64,000 nucleotides of DNA from Lingula anatina (taxonomy: Eukaryota > Animalia > Brachiopoda): positions 29,394,401 to 29,458,400 of the forward strand of contig CM120641.1 in the NCBI GenBank assembly GCA_051362555.1, read 5' to 3'. The notes below the pieces were generated by a model. It had not been told where the DNA came from. It did no database searches and worked only from the letters and a program-made list of their open reading frames with translations. The stretch's first letter is position 1; every line of letters starts with the position of its first letter. Positions 1 to 11,811 of this stretch are shown here, piece by piece. The position numbers were made by a program, and so were the translations under genes.

Positions 1-652
1 GGGGGCCTCTCGACCGGGTTGAGCCAAGGGGCACGGAGAGCCCTCCTCCCTTCGTCGACCGACAGGGAGTTCCCACCGACTTCATTTTTACCGTCAAGGG
101 TCGGTAAGGGTGTCGCGCCCCAAGCCGCCGTGAACGGCAGACACCTCGTACTTTTCGGGGCCCGTAGGCGGAGGACCCCAGATTCGAACGCGGACCGTCA
201 CCTCCTTGCGAGGGAGGCCTCAGCTCTACGGACATGCTGGTCAAGCGGTTACCGGCAACCGACTTGCTTCTCGGGACCGTGCTACGCCCGGGCTGCTTTT
301 AAGAAGCTCGTGGGCCTCTCGCCCCGGCAGCCACTGAATCGCCTTCGCCTCACAGTGAGAGAGACTTCTGCTTCGCCACGGATAGTCTTGCTCGAGCCTT
401 GCCCGAGTGTCCGAGCTCCACTGCTCTCCACATATGTATAGTGCCGGCATTTGACTATTCGCTCGCAGCGACCAGATAAAAGTCGAGACGGCCAGGCGTA
501 AACCGCATTTTTTTATGGCACCGTAACGAGAAGGCAGTTTTGATAAACGTTCAAGGGGCTTCGAAGCGCCTCGGCAGTGGAGGGCCGACCGGGTATTGAG
601 TTTAACGGTCTTTGCCTGGCCTCCTGTCGGTGAATGGCAACTTTTACAGGTA

Positions 653-727
653 TGTCCCGGCTGAGGATCGAACCCGTGCCCTACCGCACCGGAGACGAGC
701 ACTCTACCGCTTAAGCCATCCGCCCAG
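653..727 (-). mobile_element. tRNA-derived SINE-like head within each array unit (also ~48282-48356, ~50161-50237, ~51716-51790)
   Basis: Minus strand reads GGATGGCTTAAGCGGTAGAGTGCTCGTCTCCGGTGCGGTAGGGCACGGGTTCGATCCTCAGCCGGGACATACC, with an A box (TGGCTTAAGCGG) and B box (GGTTCGATCC). It lacks a good acceptor stem, so it is not called a tRNA. Confidence 0.7.
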
Positions 728-1061
728 AGACCGCGGCGAGGAGGCAGTCCTGATCGTCGTTCAAGGGACATCGCCCTAGAGGCCTGATTGGGCTTAACGG
801 TCTCTGCCCGGGTCTCCGGTGAACGGCGACTTGCACGAACCGCATTTTATAACGCTTCGGTAATTTGAACCGTATTTTTTTTTTTTTTTTTTTTGTTTTC
901 CGATCATGAGCCGTATTTTTAATGCGTGGCCTGATTTTCTTACCAGACTAGTGCGTGAACCGTATTTTTTCACGAAATTTTTACGAGAATAGTAATAAAA
1001 AAATGATAAAGAAAAGCGGTCTTTCAAGACCAGGTTGCGTGCAGTGGACATATTTCCTTAA

Positions 1062-1121
1062 GGCAGACATTTGAAAGATACGTCGCCGGCTCGAGGCCAC
1101 GCGATCAGCCCAAAGGTATCC
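1062..1121 (-). pseudogene. 18S rRNA internal fragment, just after V2 (also 48691-48750 and 50560-50619)
   Basis: Minus strand GGATACCTTTGGGCTGATCGCGTGGCCTCGAGCCGGCGACGTATCTTTCAAATGTCTGCC matches the conserved metazoan 18S segment ending ...GCCGGCGACGTATCTTTCAAATGTCTGCCCTATC. Confidence 0.9.
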
Positions 1122-1124
1122 CGG

Positions 1125-2727
1125 TGTAACATGAAAATCTGACTCCCATGAAAATCTGACTCCCCCAGTCAGATTTTCATAATGAAATTCTGACTCCCCC
1201 CATGAAAATTTGACTCCCCCTCCACATAACTTCATAAATCTTATTTTATTTGAGTATATGACTGTGATCTTGTAGTATGTAAAATGGAGGATTCATTGGC
1301 ACTTTTTTTTAGTTTGCGGGTTAATATTTTCATGAAAAAACTAGTAAATTAAAAATGTGCACTTAACCGCCCATTGTCTCCCCTATGAAAAAGCTATTTA
1401 TATATGATATTGGATGATCATTTCTACATCTTTCCTTTAAATTAACTTTATGAAGATTATGTTGGAAATATTTGAGTTTGATGGTAAACTATTGGGTGAA
1501 AAAACTAAATAAACAAGAAAAATAGAAAATTAAAAATGTGCATTTTATCACCCAATAACTCCCCTATGAAAAAGCTATCTATTAAATATTTGATGATCAT
1601 TTCAACACCTTTCCTTAACTTTTACTTTATGAAGATTTTATTGGATATATTTGAAAGTTTGATGGTAAAATATTGGGTGAAAAAACAAAACAAATAAAAA
1701 ATAAATAAAAAAAAAACATGAAAAATAAGAAAATTAAAAACGTGCATTTTATCATCCAATAACTCCCTATGAAAAAGCTATCTATTTAATATCTGATGAT
1801 CATTTCAACACCTTTCCTTTTAAGACACTTTATGAAAACTATATTGGTATATTGGAAATATTAAAAGTTTGATGATAAAATAGTGAGTGAAATAATGAAA
1901 AAGAAATCATGAAAATCTTCATTTTTATACTCATGAGATTTGGACTCCCATGAAGAAAAAGACCTATTTTATATTCAGTCACCATACCAATGTTTTCCAC
2001 AGAGATGTACATTTTGTTATCATTTGAAAGTTTGGTGGTGAAAATTTTGGTGAATATCTTTAAAACAAGTATTCATCTTACTACCTGTAGGTTTTGCACT
2101 TCCATGTCAAAACGCTGCATTTTTAACTCAAGAAATTGGCCCCATCGCCTTTTTACTGAATTCTTATATAGGATACCCAGCATTTTACCATTCAAACTTT
2201 CAAATATTTCCAATATATTTTCTTCATAAAGTATCCTTAAAGGAAAGATGTCAGAATGATCATCAAATACCAAATAGATAGCTTTTTCATAGGGGAGTCA
2301 TTGGGTGTTAGAATATAGATCTTTAATTTTTCTTATTTTTAATGTGTTTTTTTTTCACCCAATTTTTTAACCATCAAACTTTCAAGTACTTTCAATATAT
2401 TCCTCATAAAGTATCCTTACAGAAAAGATGTTGAAATGGTCATCATATGTCAAATAAATAGTTTTTTCATAGGGGAGTCTTGGGTGGTAAAATACAAATC
2501 TTTAATTTTTTTATTTTTTCATGAAAATTTTCACCTGCAAACTAACAAAAAGTGCCAATGTGTCCTCCATTATGCATACAACAAGATCATAGTCATTTAC
2601 TCAAATTAAATGGGATTTGTGAATGTTTTTTTGGGGGGAGTCAAAATTTCATAGGGGGAGTCACATTTTCATAATGAAAATCTGACTGGGGAGTCACATT
2701 TTAAGGGAGTCAGATTTTCATGGTACA
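1125..2727. mobile_element. Non-autonomous Ginger1-like foldback DNA transposon, copy 1
   Basis: Termini TGTAACATGAAAATCTGACTCCC...GGGAGTCAGATTTTCATGGTACA, with CCGG at 1121-1124 and 2728-2731. Long inverted arms carry a repeated CATGAAAATCTGACTCCC motif and ~180-bp subrepeats. Confidence 0.85.
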
Positions 2728-2734
2728 CCGGGCC

Positions 2735-2942
2735 AGCTAGTTGTTGCGGTGAATTGACATGCGTCACCTGGGATTTGAACTCGTGCCTTGCTGTCACCAT
2801 GGTTTTCTGATTGCTTGTTTTTTTTTTGCAACCATTTTTTTTGCAAGCACTCTACCAACTGCGCTGTGACTGACCTACCCAACCTCCGCACCTACGAGTT
2901 TCCTCTTATAGTAATCAAACGAAAATTTTAGAAATTATTTCA

Positions 2943-2987
<45 letters not shown>

Positions 2988-3225
2988 CAGTGAAGATCTC
3001 AAGATTTGAACCCACGTCTAGCTGTGCGTAGTTTTGTAGAAGACAGCGGTGTTAACACGGAACCACAGAAACTTTGGTGGTAGCAAAGGGATCAAATGGA
3101 AACTTTCTACTTTCTCACAGAGGGGGCCAGTTTGGCTGTACATGTATTAATCTGCCATAACAATCAAAAGGCCGAGAGCCGTACTCACTAATTCATCCCG
3201 TACATCGATAGTCTGCAAACATGGT
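2735..3225 (-). repeat. Degenerate repeat with two tRNA-like heads; related copy at ~43490-43940
   Basis: Minus strand has an A-box-like AGCGCAGTTGGTAGAG and B-box-like GAGTTCAAATCCC and GGGTTCAAATC. It aligns by eye with 43490-43940. Confidence 0.5.
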
Positions 3226-4917
3226 ATTATTGTACCACCAGCGTTGGCGCTGGCGGTACACATGGTTTTAGTTCCGTCCGGATCGTTCTGCCGGCTCAGC
3301 CGGCTCCGCCGGCTCAGCCGCCATGTTACCGTTACCGCTTCTCCTCCTAGACGGTAAGGGCCTCCGTACCCATCTCTTGGATTTAGGTCACCAATAATCT
3401 CAACTCGTTCCACGTAAAATTTGGGCTTTGTCGGTATTGGAGTCTAGGTGTGGCACTCATTGCAATGCACCCTTGTCCAAAAATGGCAAAATTAAATGCT
3501 AATTATCTTCCCTACGCAAGGAATTATGGGAAAAATTTCTACAGACGGCTTGCCAAAAGTTCTATGTGTAGTTTTCAAATATGCCCTTGGATTTGACCTT
3601 TGACCTTAATTTCAAGGTCAAACGGGCCAAAATAAAAAAAAAACGAATTTTTTTACGAAAAAAAATTATTGGCGCTGTTATTCAGACACTACAGACTTAA
3701 CCAAAAATATTATTGGAAAGTGTTACCCTTTGGGTCATCTTTCATCTCCGTGAATTTGGGGTCAATCGGTGCATTTTCACCGGAGTAGCGGCCATAAGAT
3801 ACCGAAACTGAAAACTGTCTCTAATTCGGGAACCGTTAATGCTAGAGAACCATTCATTTTTTGCATTTTGTAGAGCTTGTAAAGCCCAACACTAATTGTG
3901 GTCTCCGTTTTTTTGTATTCCATACGGTTTTCGAGTTACGCTGTATCAAAAAGTACATATTGGTGGTGAAAGCAAAATGTGCAGTACGGTAATGGATAAT
4001 AAATTTTGAACCCCGGGAAAATAAAACATACATGTAGGGTTTGGCGAGGCAGACAACTTCTGGTAAAAAATGACATTATTTCATGAAATTTGAACATCTG
4101 GAACTTCTGAGCAACTCCCATTTCAAGAATTTCAACCAAAATGACCTTTTCTTTATTTTAATTAATTTTTTTCTGTAGGAAATTTACGTTTTAGTACTAT
4201 GATTCAGCTAGTGACAATGATATTTTCAAGGGGGGGGGGGGCATTGTGTGATTTTTTTCAGAGATCGAAGGAGGAGTCAGGACTCCCCTGAAAACCCCCT
4301 AAATCTGCCAATGAATAGGGTTCACAGGGAAGGAGGGGGTGGCGGGTGGAGGGAGGGGGCGCTCACCTCCGGGGGGGGGGGGGGGGGGGTTGAGGGGAGA
4401 TGGGTGAAAGTTACACAGATTAGTAGGTATGAAGTGATACATAAGTAGAAACAAGCGAAATGAATTGAAGCATACTTATAGAATTAATATCAAATGAATT
4501 ACACCTTTGTGAAACACAATAACTTCAATTTTGTGTATAAAGCGAAAAAAAATAGATTTATTATGAACATTTGATCATGATAAATTTTAGTGAAAACATC
4601 CCAGTCGTCTATATGTAAAAATCTGTATTATTATGGTAACCTTCGGTTCTACTTTTACCTAACGCTTTTTTTAAATTTCATTCCTTTTCAATACTACTCT
4701 GCCCAATATTTTAACCTGGCCACATTATTTCAGAATGATTTTATGTACATTAGAACGGTTTAATTGTGTGCTTTTATTCTGTGAATTATGACTGCGATTT
4801 TATTTATGTAGGCTATTCTTGAACGTGTTTTACCCTTGAGGTTTAATAAATAAATAAATAAATAAATAAACAAATAAATAAATAAATGTGTATATCTATC
4901 TGGAGGTGCGAGCCTCT

Positions 4918-5064
4918 ATGTATGAAGCACAGAGCACGGATCCAGCAGCGCCAGCGACGACTGCTCACGAACAGAATGACGACAGCAACGCAGAAAGTGC
5001 CACCTTACTCACCCCTAGTGGACGCAAGACGATGACAAGATACCCCACCCTCAAAACTTATAAG
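4918..5064 (+). CDS. Hillarin/KY-like gene, first visible coding exon (5' boundary uncertain)
   Basis: Encodes MYEAQSTD...YPTLKTYK followed by a phase-0 GT donor compatible with the next exon. Confidence 0.6.
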
Positions 5065-5546
5065 GTGAAAAGTCAATAATAAATATATGTGAGAGCATCA
5101 TCACCACATGGACTGTTTTTTTGTGACACTTGCTTTAGTCTTGAAGAAATTTACACGATTTATTTGTTTGGAAGTTCATATTGTCTTTGTAAGATATAGA
5201 TTGGAAGAGAAAACATTGCTTTACTTTGAGCTAAGAAATGTTGAACTTAAATTTTCACAAAAAATGTTATTGTTTTACTTGGCATTTTTTTTAATAAAGG
5301 GCTATATTTCTATCATATTAAAATAAATAAATCTGCTTATTTTATTTGTATTTTTATAATTCTTTTTTAAAAAGGACTTCAAAGACCATGGCAAAAAAAA
5401 AAAAATTGAACTTAAATTTTCACACGAATTGAAATAATTTTATACTTGGCATTTTTTTTTTTTCTTCATAAAGGGCCAGGCGCCATTTAGGCTATAGGTC
5501 CTATTTCTATCATATTGAAATACATCATTTCGCTTATTTAATTATT

Positions 5547-5585
<39 letters not shown>

Positions 5586-5647
5586 CTATTATTATCATTT
5601 TTATATTTTTAGTTATTTTTTCATTTATTTTATTCTTTTGTTTAAAG

Positions 5648-6163
5648 GACTTCGAAGACCATGGCATATTTGAAGCCCAGCGCGAACTGGAGAGAAAACA
5701 AAAGGAAGAAGAAGACTCTCTCTTTAAGACATTCCACTTGCAAAAGGGAGAGCGTATGCGGAAGCTGGTAGAAGAGATTATGGCAGAAAAAGAAACCTCT
5801 GTCAAAGAACTCGTCGCTCTCTTCGACAGGTTAAGGATGAATAGTCCTAGCCGAATTATCAAAGGGACTCAATTAGTTTGGAAAGGCGCCCCCAAAAGCG
5901 AAGCAGACGACGCAGGGGCTGATGATGATGATGACGATGACGTCATCACCGAGGACCTGAATCTGGATGACGAAGCTTCTGAAGGAGATACAAGCGCGAC
6001 CAGCTTGCTGGAGAAAAGTAAGCACATTGATGACGAATACCAAAGTCGTCTTGACGAGAGAATGCAGGAGCTGATGCGATCTCTAGAACAACAAGAGCAA
6101 GAGGAGCTTGTCAAACTGGTAGAGAAACACAGCAAAGAGATGCTGTCTCTAATAGCTGAGAAG
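5648..6163 (+). CDS. Hillarin/KY-like gene exon (coiled-coil, acidic region)
   Basis: AG/GT bounded, phase 0-0. DFEDHGIFEAQRELERKQKEEED...EKETSVKEL resembles the hillarin N-terminal region. Confidence 0.85.
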
Positions 6164-6171
6164 GTGAGACT

Positions 6172-6210
<39 letters not shown>

Positions 6211-6955
6211 TTAATGTATATTCTAAAATCCATATAAAATGTTCAGTAGACTTTATATGGATAAAATGAACATAATAAGATGAATAAAGCTCCCAAACCT
6301 ACTCTAAATACAGCGGAATTCGCTTGATTTTAAGTTCAGTCGCGAAACTTTGTGTCATCTCGGAGAGATTCCGCCTCAGTAGTTTGAACATCCCAGAAGT
6401 GAGTGTGCTAGTGCTATCAAACTGAATACAGCTGTTGCAATAGAAGCAGAGGACTAAATTGTGATAGTGGTGAAAGTCAAGTCGTGGGCGCATCGTATTG
6501 TGTATTTGTTTATTTTCACAAGGTGTTTATGCTCATGTATCTAAAATTGATGAAGTCTAAAATAGATATAGACCTAGTCACTTATTTTAACTATTACTAA
6601 CTTGCAGTTCTTATTTTATTCATTATGACTTTATCTGGTAAAAGTGTAGCCTATTAATGTCTTTAATTTTCATTCGTTTATTATTTTATTTCAATTCATT
6701 TATTTATTTTTATTATGATCATTATTTTTTTTTTACCTTTCGACCAGGACGGTTCAGTAAACAAAAGTATTAATTGACTGAACTCCCCCAACTCGTCAAT
6801 TAGCGCTTTTTATCAACAATTTTAATCAGTATCTGCAGAAACCACATTTCCGAGGCCAATCTGACAGTACGACATTTTGTCTCGGGATTTTGATTTTTTA
6901 TAAATGAGCAAACCTTGTGTTTCTTAACTCGCAATAAAACTTTGAAACATTTCAG

Positions 6956-7090
6956 GAAAGAGAGATCGACACAGAGAATGATTTCAACCGATCTCTACCG
7001 CCAGATGTCGCTCCACCAGAGGTTAAAAAGATGGACCTCTTTGAAAAGTCGGATTCTGCCGTTCAACGCCTCGATATGCAAGCGATCGAG
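6956..7090 (+). CDS. Hillarin/KY-like gene exon
   Basis: ttcag|...|gtcagt, 135 nt, phase 0-0; encodes PPDVAPPEVKKMDLF...QRLDMQAIE. Confidence 0.85.
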
Positions 7091-7107
7091 GTCAGTATTG
7101 TATGGCT

Positions 7108-7146
<39 letters not shown>

Positions 7147-8699
7147 TTTGAATGCGGTTGGATTGTTTGAATTTCCGCCATTCTTTTATTATTATCTTTT
7201 ATTGCATCTTATTATTCAATAATGCATTTATCTTTGTGCTGATATAAAACAACAAAATAACATCCAAAATGTAAAATATCGGTGTGTATATTTATCGTTG
7301 CAATGTATAAGCATAGGCAACTCAAAGCTTTAATCGTCAATAAAACATGTTTCTATTTAGAGGTGAGATAGCAATCGGTATGGAGCGTAACTTCATCCCT
7401 AATAACACATTTTCGTTAAACAAAGGCATTATTTTGCTTAATCAACAATAAAATCTGAACGAAGTCTTTCAAGACAAATCGCTAGCAGAATGGTGTCATT
7501 AAATTGGTGTTGAAACGGTGTTCGTAGGTTCTCAGGTAAAGGAGAAATTTGAGAAAACAATCTTTCAATATTTTACCACAAAGCCGCAATTATGACCTCA
7601 CTCGTAAGATAACATACGTATAAATGTTAATTAATTTAGTCACTGAACACTAAAGATTTATCTATTATCCAAACGAATGTATGTGATGCAGTTGATGAGG
7701 AGCTTCGGCAAAGGCTAACAATATCCTTTACTAAGAGAAAAAACAAAAATGTTTCTTTTAGACTCTTCCTACCTTAAAACGCCTACATTAGTGAATGAAC
7801 CTGTGCAGATGCCAAGATGAAATAGAACTTATCTTTTATCTTGATTATTTAAATATCTATTGATATTCTTATTTTTATTGATCAGTAATTTTATTTGAAT
7901 TCTATTTATTGATCTAACGCTTCGTGGGTTGCCAGGGTAGATAATAAAGTTTGACCTTTAAAAAGGATGAAAGTCGATCGCTGTGTGATGAAAGAGCAAA
8001 GAATATTTGTCTAACTCTATAACACATGCCTTCTGGAGGAAAGCAGCCAGACGTGTCTTATTGTGTTGCTTTGGAAGAAATAACAATGAGTCCATTTGAA
8101 AAATCGTTGTTTTGAGAATTTAGCTCCATTAGTCCATGCGCAGTGGGGCACACGTAGTCCAGATATCACACGCAGTGGCGGATTTAGAGCGGGTGGGTGG
8201 GGGTCAATGGGGTCCTGACCCCCTTCAATTTCTATAAAAAAAAAAATTAGAAATTAGAATTTTGACTAGCTGAATCATACTTCTAAACAGTACCAAATAC
8301 CAACATTTTTCAGGGCCTTTTAGCGGGCCCTGGGCCCCACGCCAAGGGGGAAGGGGGAGGGGTCAGTTTCGCATCCGCGGACTATCTGAAGACGGTCAAA
8401 AATGGAGGATGGTTCAACAAAGATAATTTGGAAGACTGCCAGAAAATATCTCTGGATCCACCTCTGCCCTTGCCTGTCATACTACCAAGCCTTCACAAAC
8501 GGTGTGTTTGGTACTCTCTAGCCACAGGGGGCGCTAGTAGGCTGGTACAAAAATGTTGAAAACCCCACAGTGTGATTCTGTGCAGTGTTTTAGTGGGGTT
8601 GTGATATCAGAGGGTGTATGGTGGGGTTGGGGGATGCTGGGGTGAGGTGTAATCTATACAGTGTGGGAGATGGGGGGTGGGTAGGGTTGAGATAAAATA

Positions 8700-10480
8700 T
8701 GTTCTGTTTGGGCTTAATACCCAGGCTAAGAATTCTCAGTAATATACACTGGCTGAGTAACCCATTTGAGCGACGAGAGGGGGAGGGAGGAGGGGGGGGG
8801 AGGAGGGTTTTTCTATCCAGGACAAGAGACCAAACATGTTTGGCTTCGTTTACGCACCAAAGTTCAGAAAAAAAGTTGAACCCAAATTATCTGTACAGCA
8901 GCAGAAAGCAGAAAGCAGGGAGAGAGTGCGTTGTCACCTCGTCAGCAGTAGAAAAACAAGTTCAGTAAACAAATTAAAAAGAATCGTTCCGTTGAGACAA
9001 AACTTTAAACACTGAAAATCGTACTGGCAGACTCGATTTTGGAAATGAATTAAAATGAATAAAGAAAGCGAAATATTAAATAAGCCCAAAATCAATGCAA
9101 TGTTTCATAAGCATGAAAAGCGGCACCACACTTCTTAATAAAAAGACCTTGACGCTCCCGTCGCAAACGGGAAATGTGGCTTTGTGCAGACATCACCAAT
9201 GAAATTAATAACCGTTACGAAACGCAGTGGCTTCTATTATTATTAAACCCCGTCAAGTTTCACCACCAGATCAATGTAAGTAAGTGGAGGGGGGGGGGTA
9301 AAATAAACATTTTCTGTTTGGGCTCCCTACCAAGGCCAAGAATTCTCAGTCCACCAGCTGAATAACTCATCATGAGAGCGACGACGGGGTTGGTGGGGAG
9401 GGGGTATCTATCCAGGACAGGGGGGGGGAGGTGTGACACCAAGCATTTTTTGCTCCGTTTACGCATCAAAGTGCAGGAAAGTTGAACCCAGATTCTCTGT
9501 ACAGCAGCAGAAAGCTCTGCCAGAGAGACGCCACGTTGTCACCTCGTCAGCTGTAGAAACACAAGTTCAGTAATCAAATTAAAAAGAATTGTTCCGTTGA
9601 GACTGAATTTTTAGCACTGACAAACCAAACTCAGGTTTGGAAATAAATTAAAATGAATAAAGAAAGCAAAATATCTGAACATGTGAAAAGCCAATGCAAT
9701 GTTTCATAACTATGAAATGCGGCAACACACTTCTTATTAAAAACACCTCGACGTTGGTGTCGTAAACGGGAAATGTGGCTATGTGCAGACATCACCAATG
9801 ACATTAATAACCGTTATGAAACGCAGCGGCTTCAATTATTATTAAAACCCCGTCAAGATTTACCACCAGACCAATGTAAGTAAGGGGAAAGGGGGGGGGT
9901 GTAGTTGAAATAAACGTTTTCTGTTTGGGCAACCTACCAAGGCCAAGAATTCTCTGTCCGCCAACTTAATACCCAATGAGATCGACGAGGGTGGGTGGGT
10001 GAGGGGGCCTGGGGGGTAAGGGGGGTTTCTATCCAGGACAGGGGGCTCTGAAACCAAGCATTTTTTTCTCCTTTTACGTACTAATTTCAAATAAGTTGAA
10101 GCCAAATTCTCTGTACAGCAGCAGAAAGCTCTTCCAGGGAGACGCGACGTTGTTACGTAGTCAGCTGTAGAAACACAAGTTCAGTAAACAAATTAAAAAG
10201 AATTGTTCCATTGAGACAGAATTTTAAACACTGACAAACCGTACTGGCAAACTGAATTAAAATGAATTAAGAAAGCGAAAATTTGAATAAGCCCAAAATC
10301 ATTGCATTGTTTCATAACTGTGAAATGCGGCAACACACTTCTTATTAAAAACACCTTGACGTAGGCGTCGCAAACGAGAAACGTGGCTTTGTGCATATAT
10401 CTCCAATGACATTTATAACCACTATGATGGATCCAATTTAAATTAAAAACCCGTCAAGATTCATCACCAGACCAAATGTT
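8700..10480. repeat. Three diverged ~600-bp tandem repeats in a hillarin intron
   Basis: ttctgtttgggc and ctgtacagcagcagaaagc recur, with unit starts at ~8700, ~9310 and ~9920. Confidence 0.85.
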
Positions 10481-10642
10481 ATTGAGTGAGACGTCTGCAC
10501 CTGAAAATTATAGCCACCTTTGTGACTTTTTTGTTCTTTTGTCACAGTTACGAGTGAATACTGCAGCTTCCATCTCTACGACGAGAGTGACTAGCATTCC
10601 TTATTAATATTAATGGTAAAACATTTGCATATTCCCTTGCAA

Positions 10643-10693
<51 letters not shown>

Positions 10694-10856
10694 ATACAGT
10701 GGGTTTAATTATGGAGAGACGATATTCAAATTTTCCAATGGATTTTTATCATTGGTGCAATTTTACCTTATTCACGCTTCTTGATTTCGTGAGGATAGGT
10801 TGCACTCCTTCTTCAAGCGGGGTATGACTAAGACTTTTTTACAATTGTTATTAAAG

Positions 10857-10942
10857 GTTGCAAAATCCGACGATTTGACAACATTTACAGACCTTGTAAG
10901 GAACCTAACCAAGGATTGCTGTAACGAATTAGAAAAAGCAAG
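10857..10942 (+). CDS. Hillarin/KY-like gene exon
   Basis: Encodes VAKSDDLTTFTDLVRNLTKDCCNELEKAR, phase 0-2; typical lead-in to the KY transglutaminase-like domain. Confidence 0.9.
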
Positions 10943-11317
10943 GTGCGAGTCATTCTTATTATCTAACATTACTGAAGGTCAGCATTGAATTCTGATATCT
11001 GTTTTATTTGATTTTATTTATTTTGATTTTAATTAATTTTAATTTTATCTTATTTATTAATTATTTCCCCGAACAAACACACACTGAGCATGATTGCAAT
11101 TGCATATTAGAAAAATGACTGATTTTTTGAAGAACATTTGCCTATTTTATCTCATATACTACTTAGTGAAATTCTTAGGGCAGATGCAACATTGATTTTA
11201 ACATTTCTTTAATCTGTTTTTTGAGCTGTCTAAACCAACAAGGCGCACGTTTGTTTTAATTTTTTAATATAATTTTAATAATTTAATTTAATATCTAAAA
11301 ATGTTACACGCTTTCAG

Positions 11318-11461
11318 AGCCATATTCCGTTGGATTACCGTAAAGAACCTGAACAAGATGGAGTTCAGCGATGACCTTGACCCAGACACTCCCCTGGGAC
11401 TGCTTAGAGGGATCAAACTGGGGATTGAAAGTTATCATGTTCTTTTTAAACGACTATGCAG
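11318..11461 (+). CDS. Hillarin/KY-like gene exon (transglutaminase-like domain)
   Basis: Encodes AIFRWITVKNLN...DTPLGLLRGIKLGIESYHVLFKRLC, phase 2-2; hillarin-type motif. Confidence 0.92.
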
Positions 11462-11811
11462 GTAAACCTCAGTGCCTCTTTTGTCTCATGAAACTCTATA
11501 CCACTTTCAGTGAAGATTTTATTCGAGGAAACCACCTGCAACGTCGAGGGTGGGCTAAACTGTATTCTGGATTCTGGGTTGGGGGGGAGTTGGCATAGCA
11601 AGTACCCCTCAATCTTATCTTTGGTGGTATCCACCTCTTCTTCTTATTTTTCTTGAACTTCTTTTCTTCTTCTTTTCTTTTCTCAAGGTAACCCTGTGCC
11701 CTCATTCTAACAGTGAACTGAATGTATCAGTCGAGTCTTTCTTCCTTATGACTGCTTATTTTCGGGGATTCAATTAAAATTCATTGTTATTGTTTTTATT
11801 TTTTATATTAG

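Larger units (their letters stand above)
1..1124 (-). repeat. rDNA-derived tandem array, left segment (continues off-window): subrepeat, putative promoter, tRNA/SINE head, 18S fragment
   Basis: Near-identical to the units at 47184-52154. It ends at ggtatcCCGG, half of the unit junction ggtatcccgggtattgc seen intact at 48744-48760. Confidence 0.9.

Noticed and set aside
19-771. Long ORFs in the GC-rich array (also 47345-51835)
   Set aside because: They arise from high GC content and subrepeat number, frames break between units, and no protein motifs are recognisable.
1125-1220. CRISPR-like short repeats (CATGAAAATCTGACTCCC)
   Set aside because: They are subterminal motifs of a eukaryotic transposon with no unique regular spacers and no cas genes.
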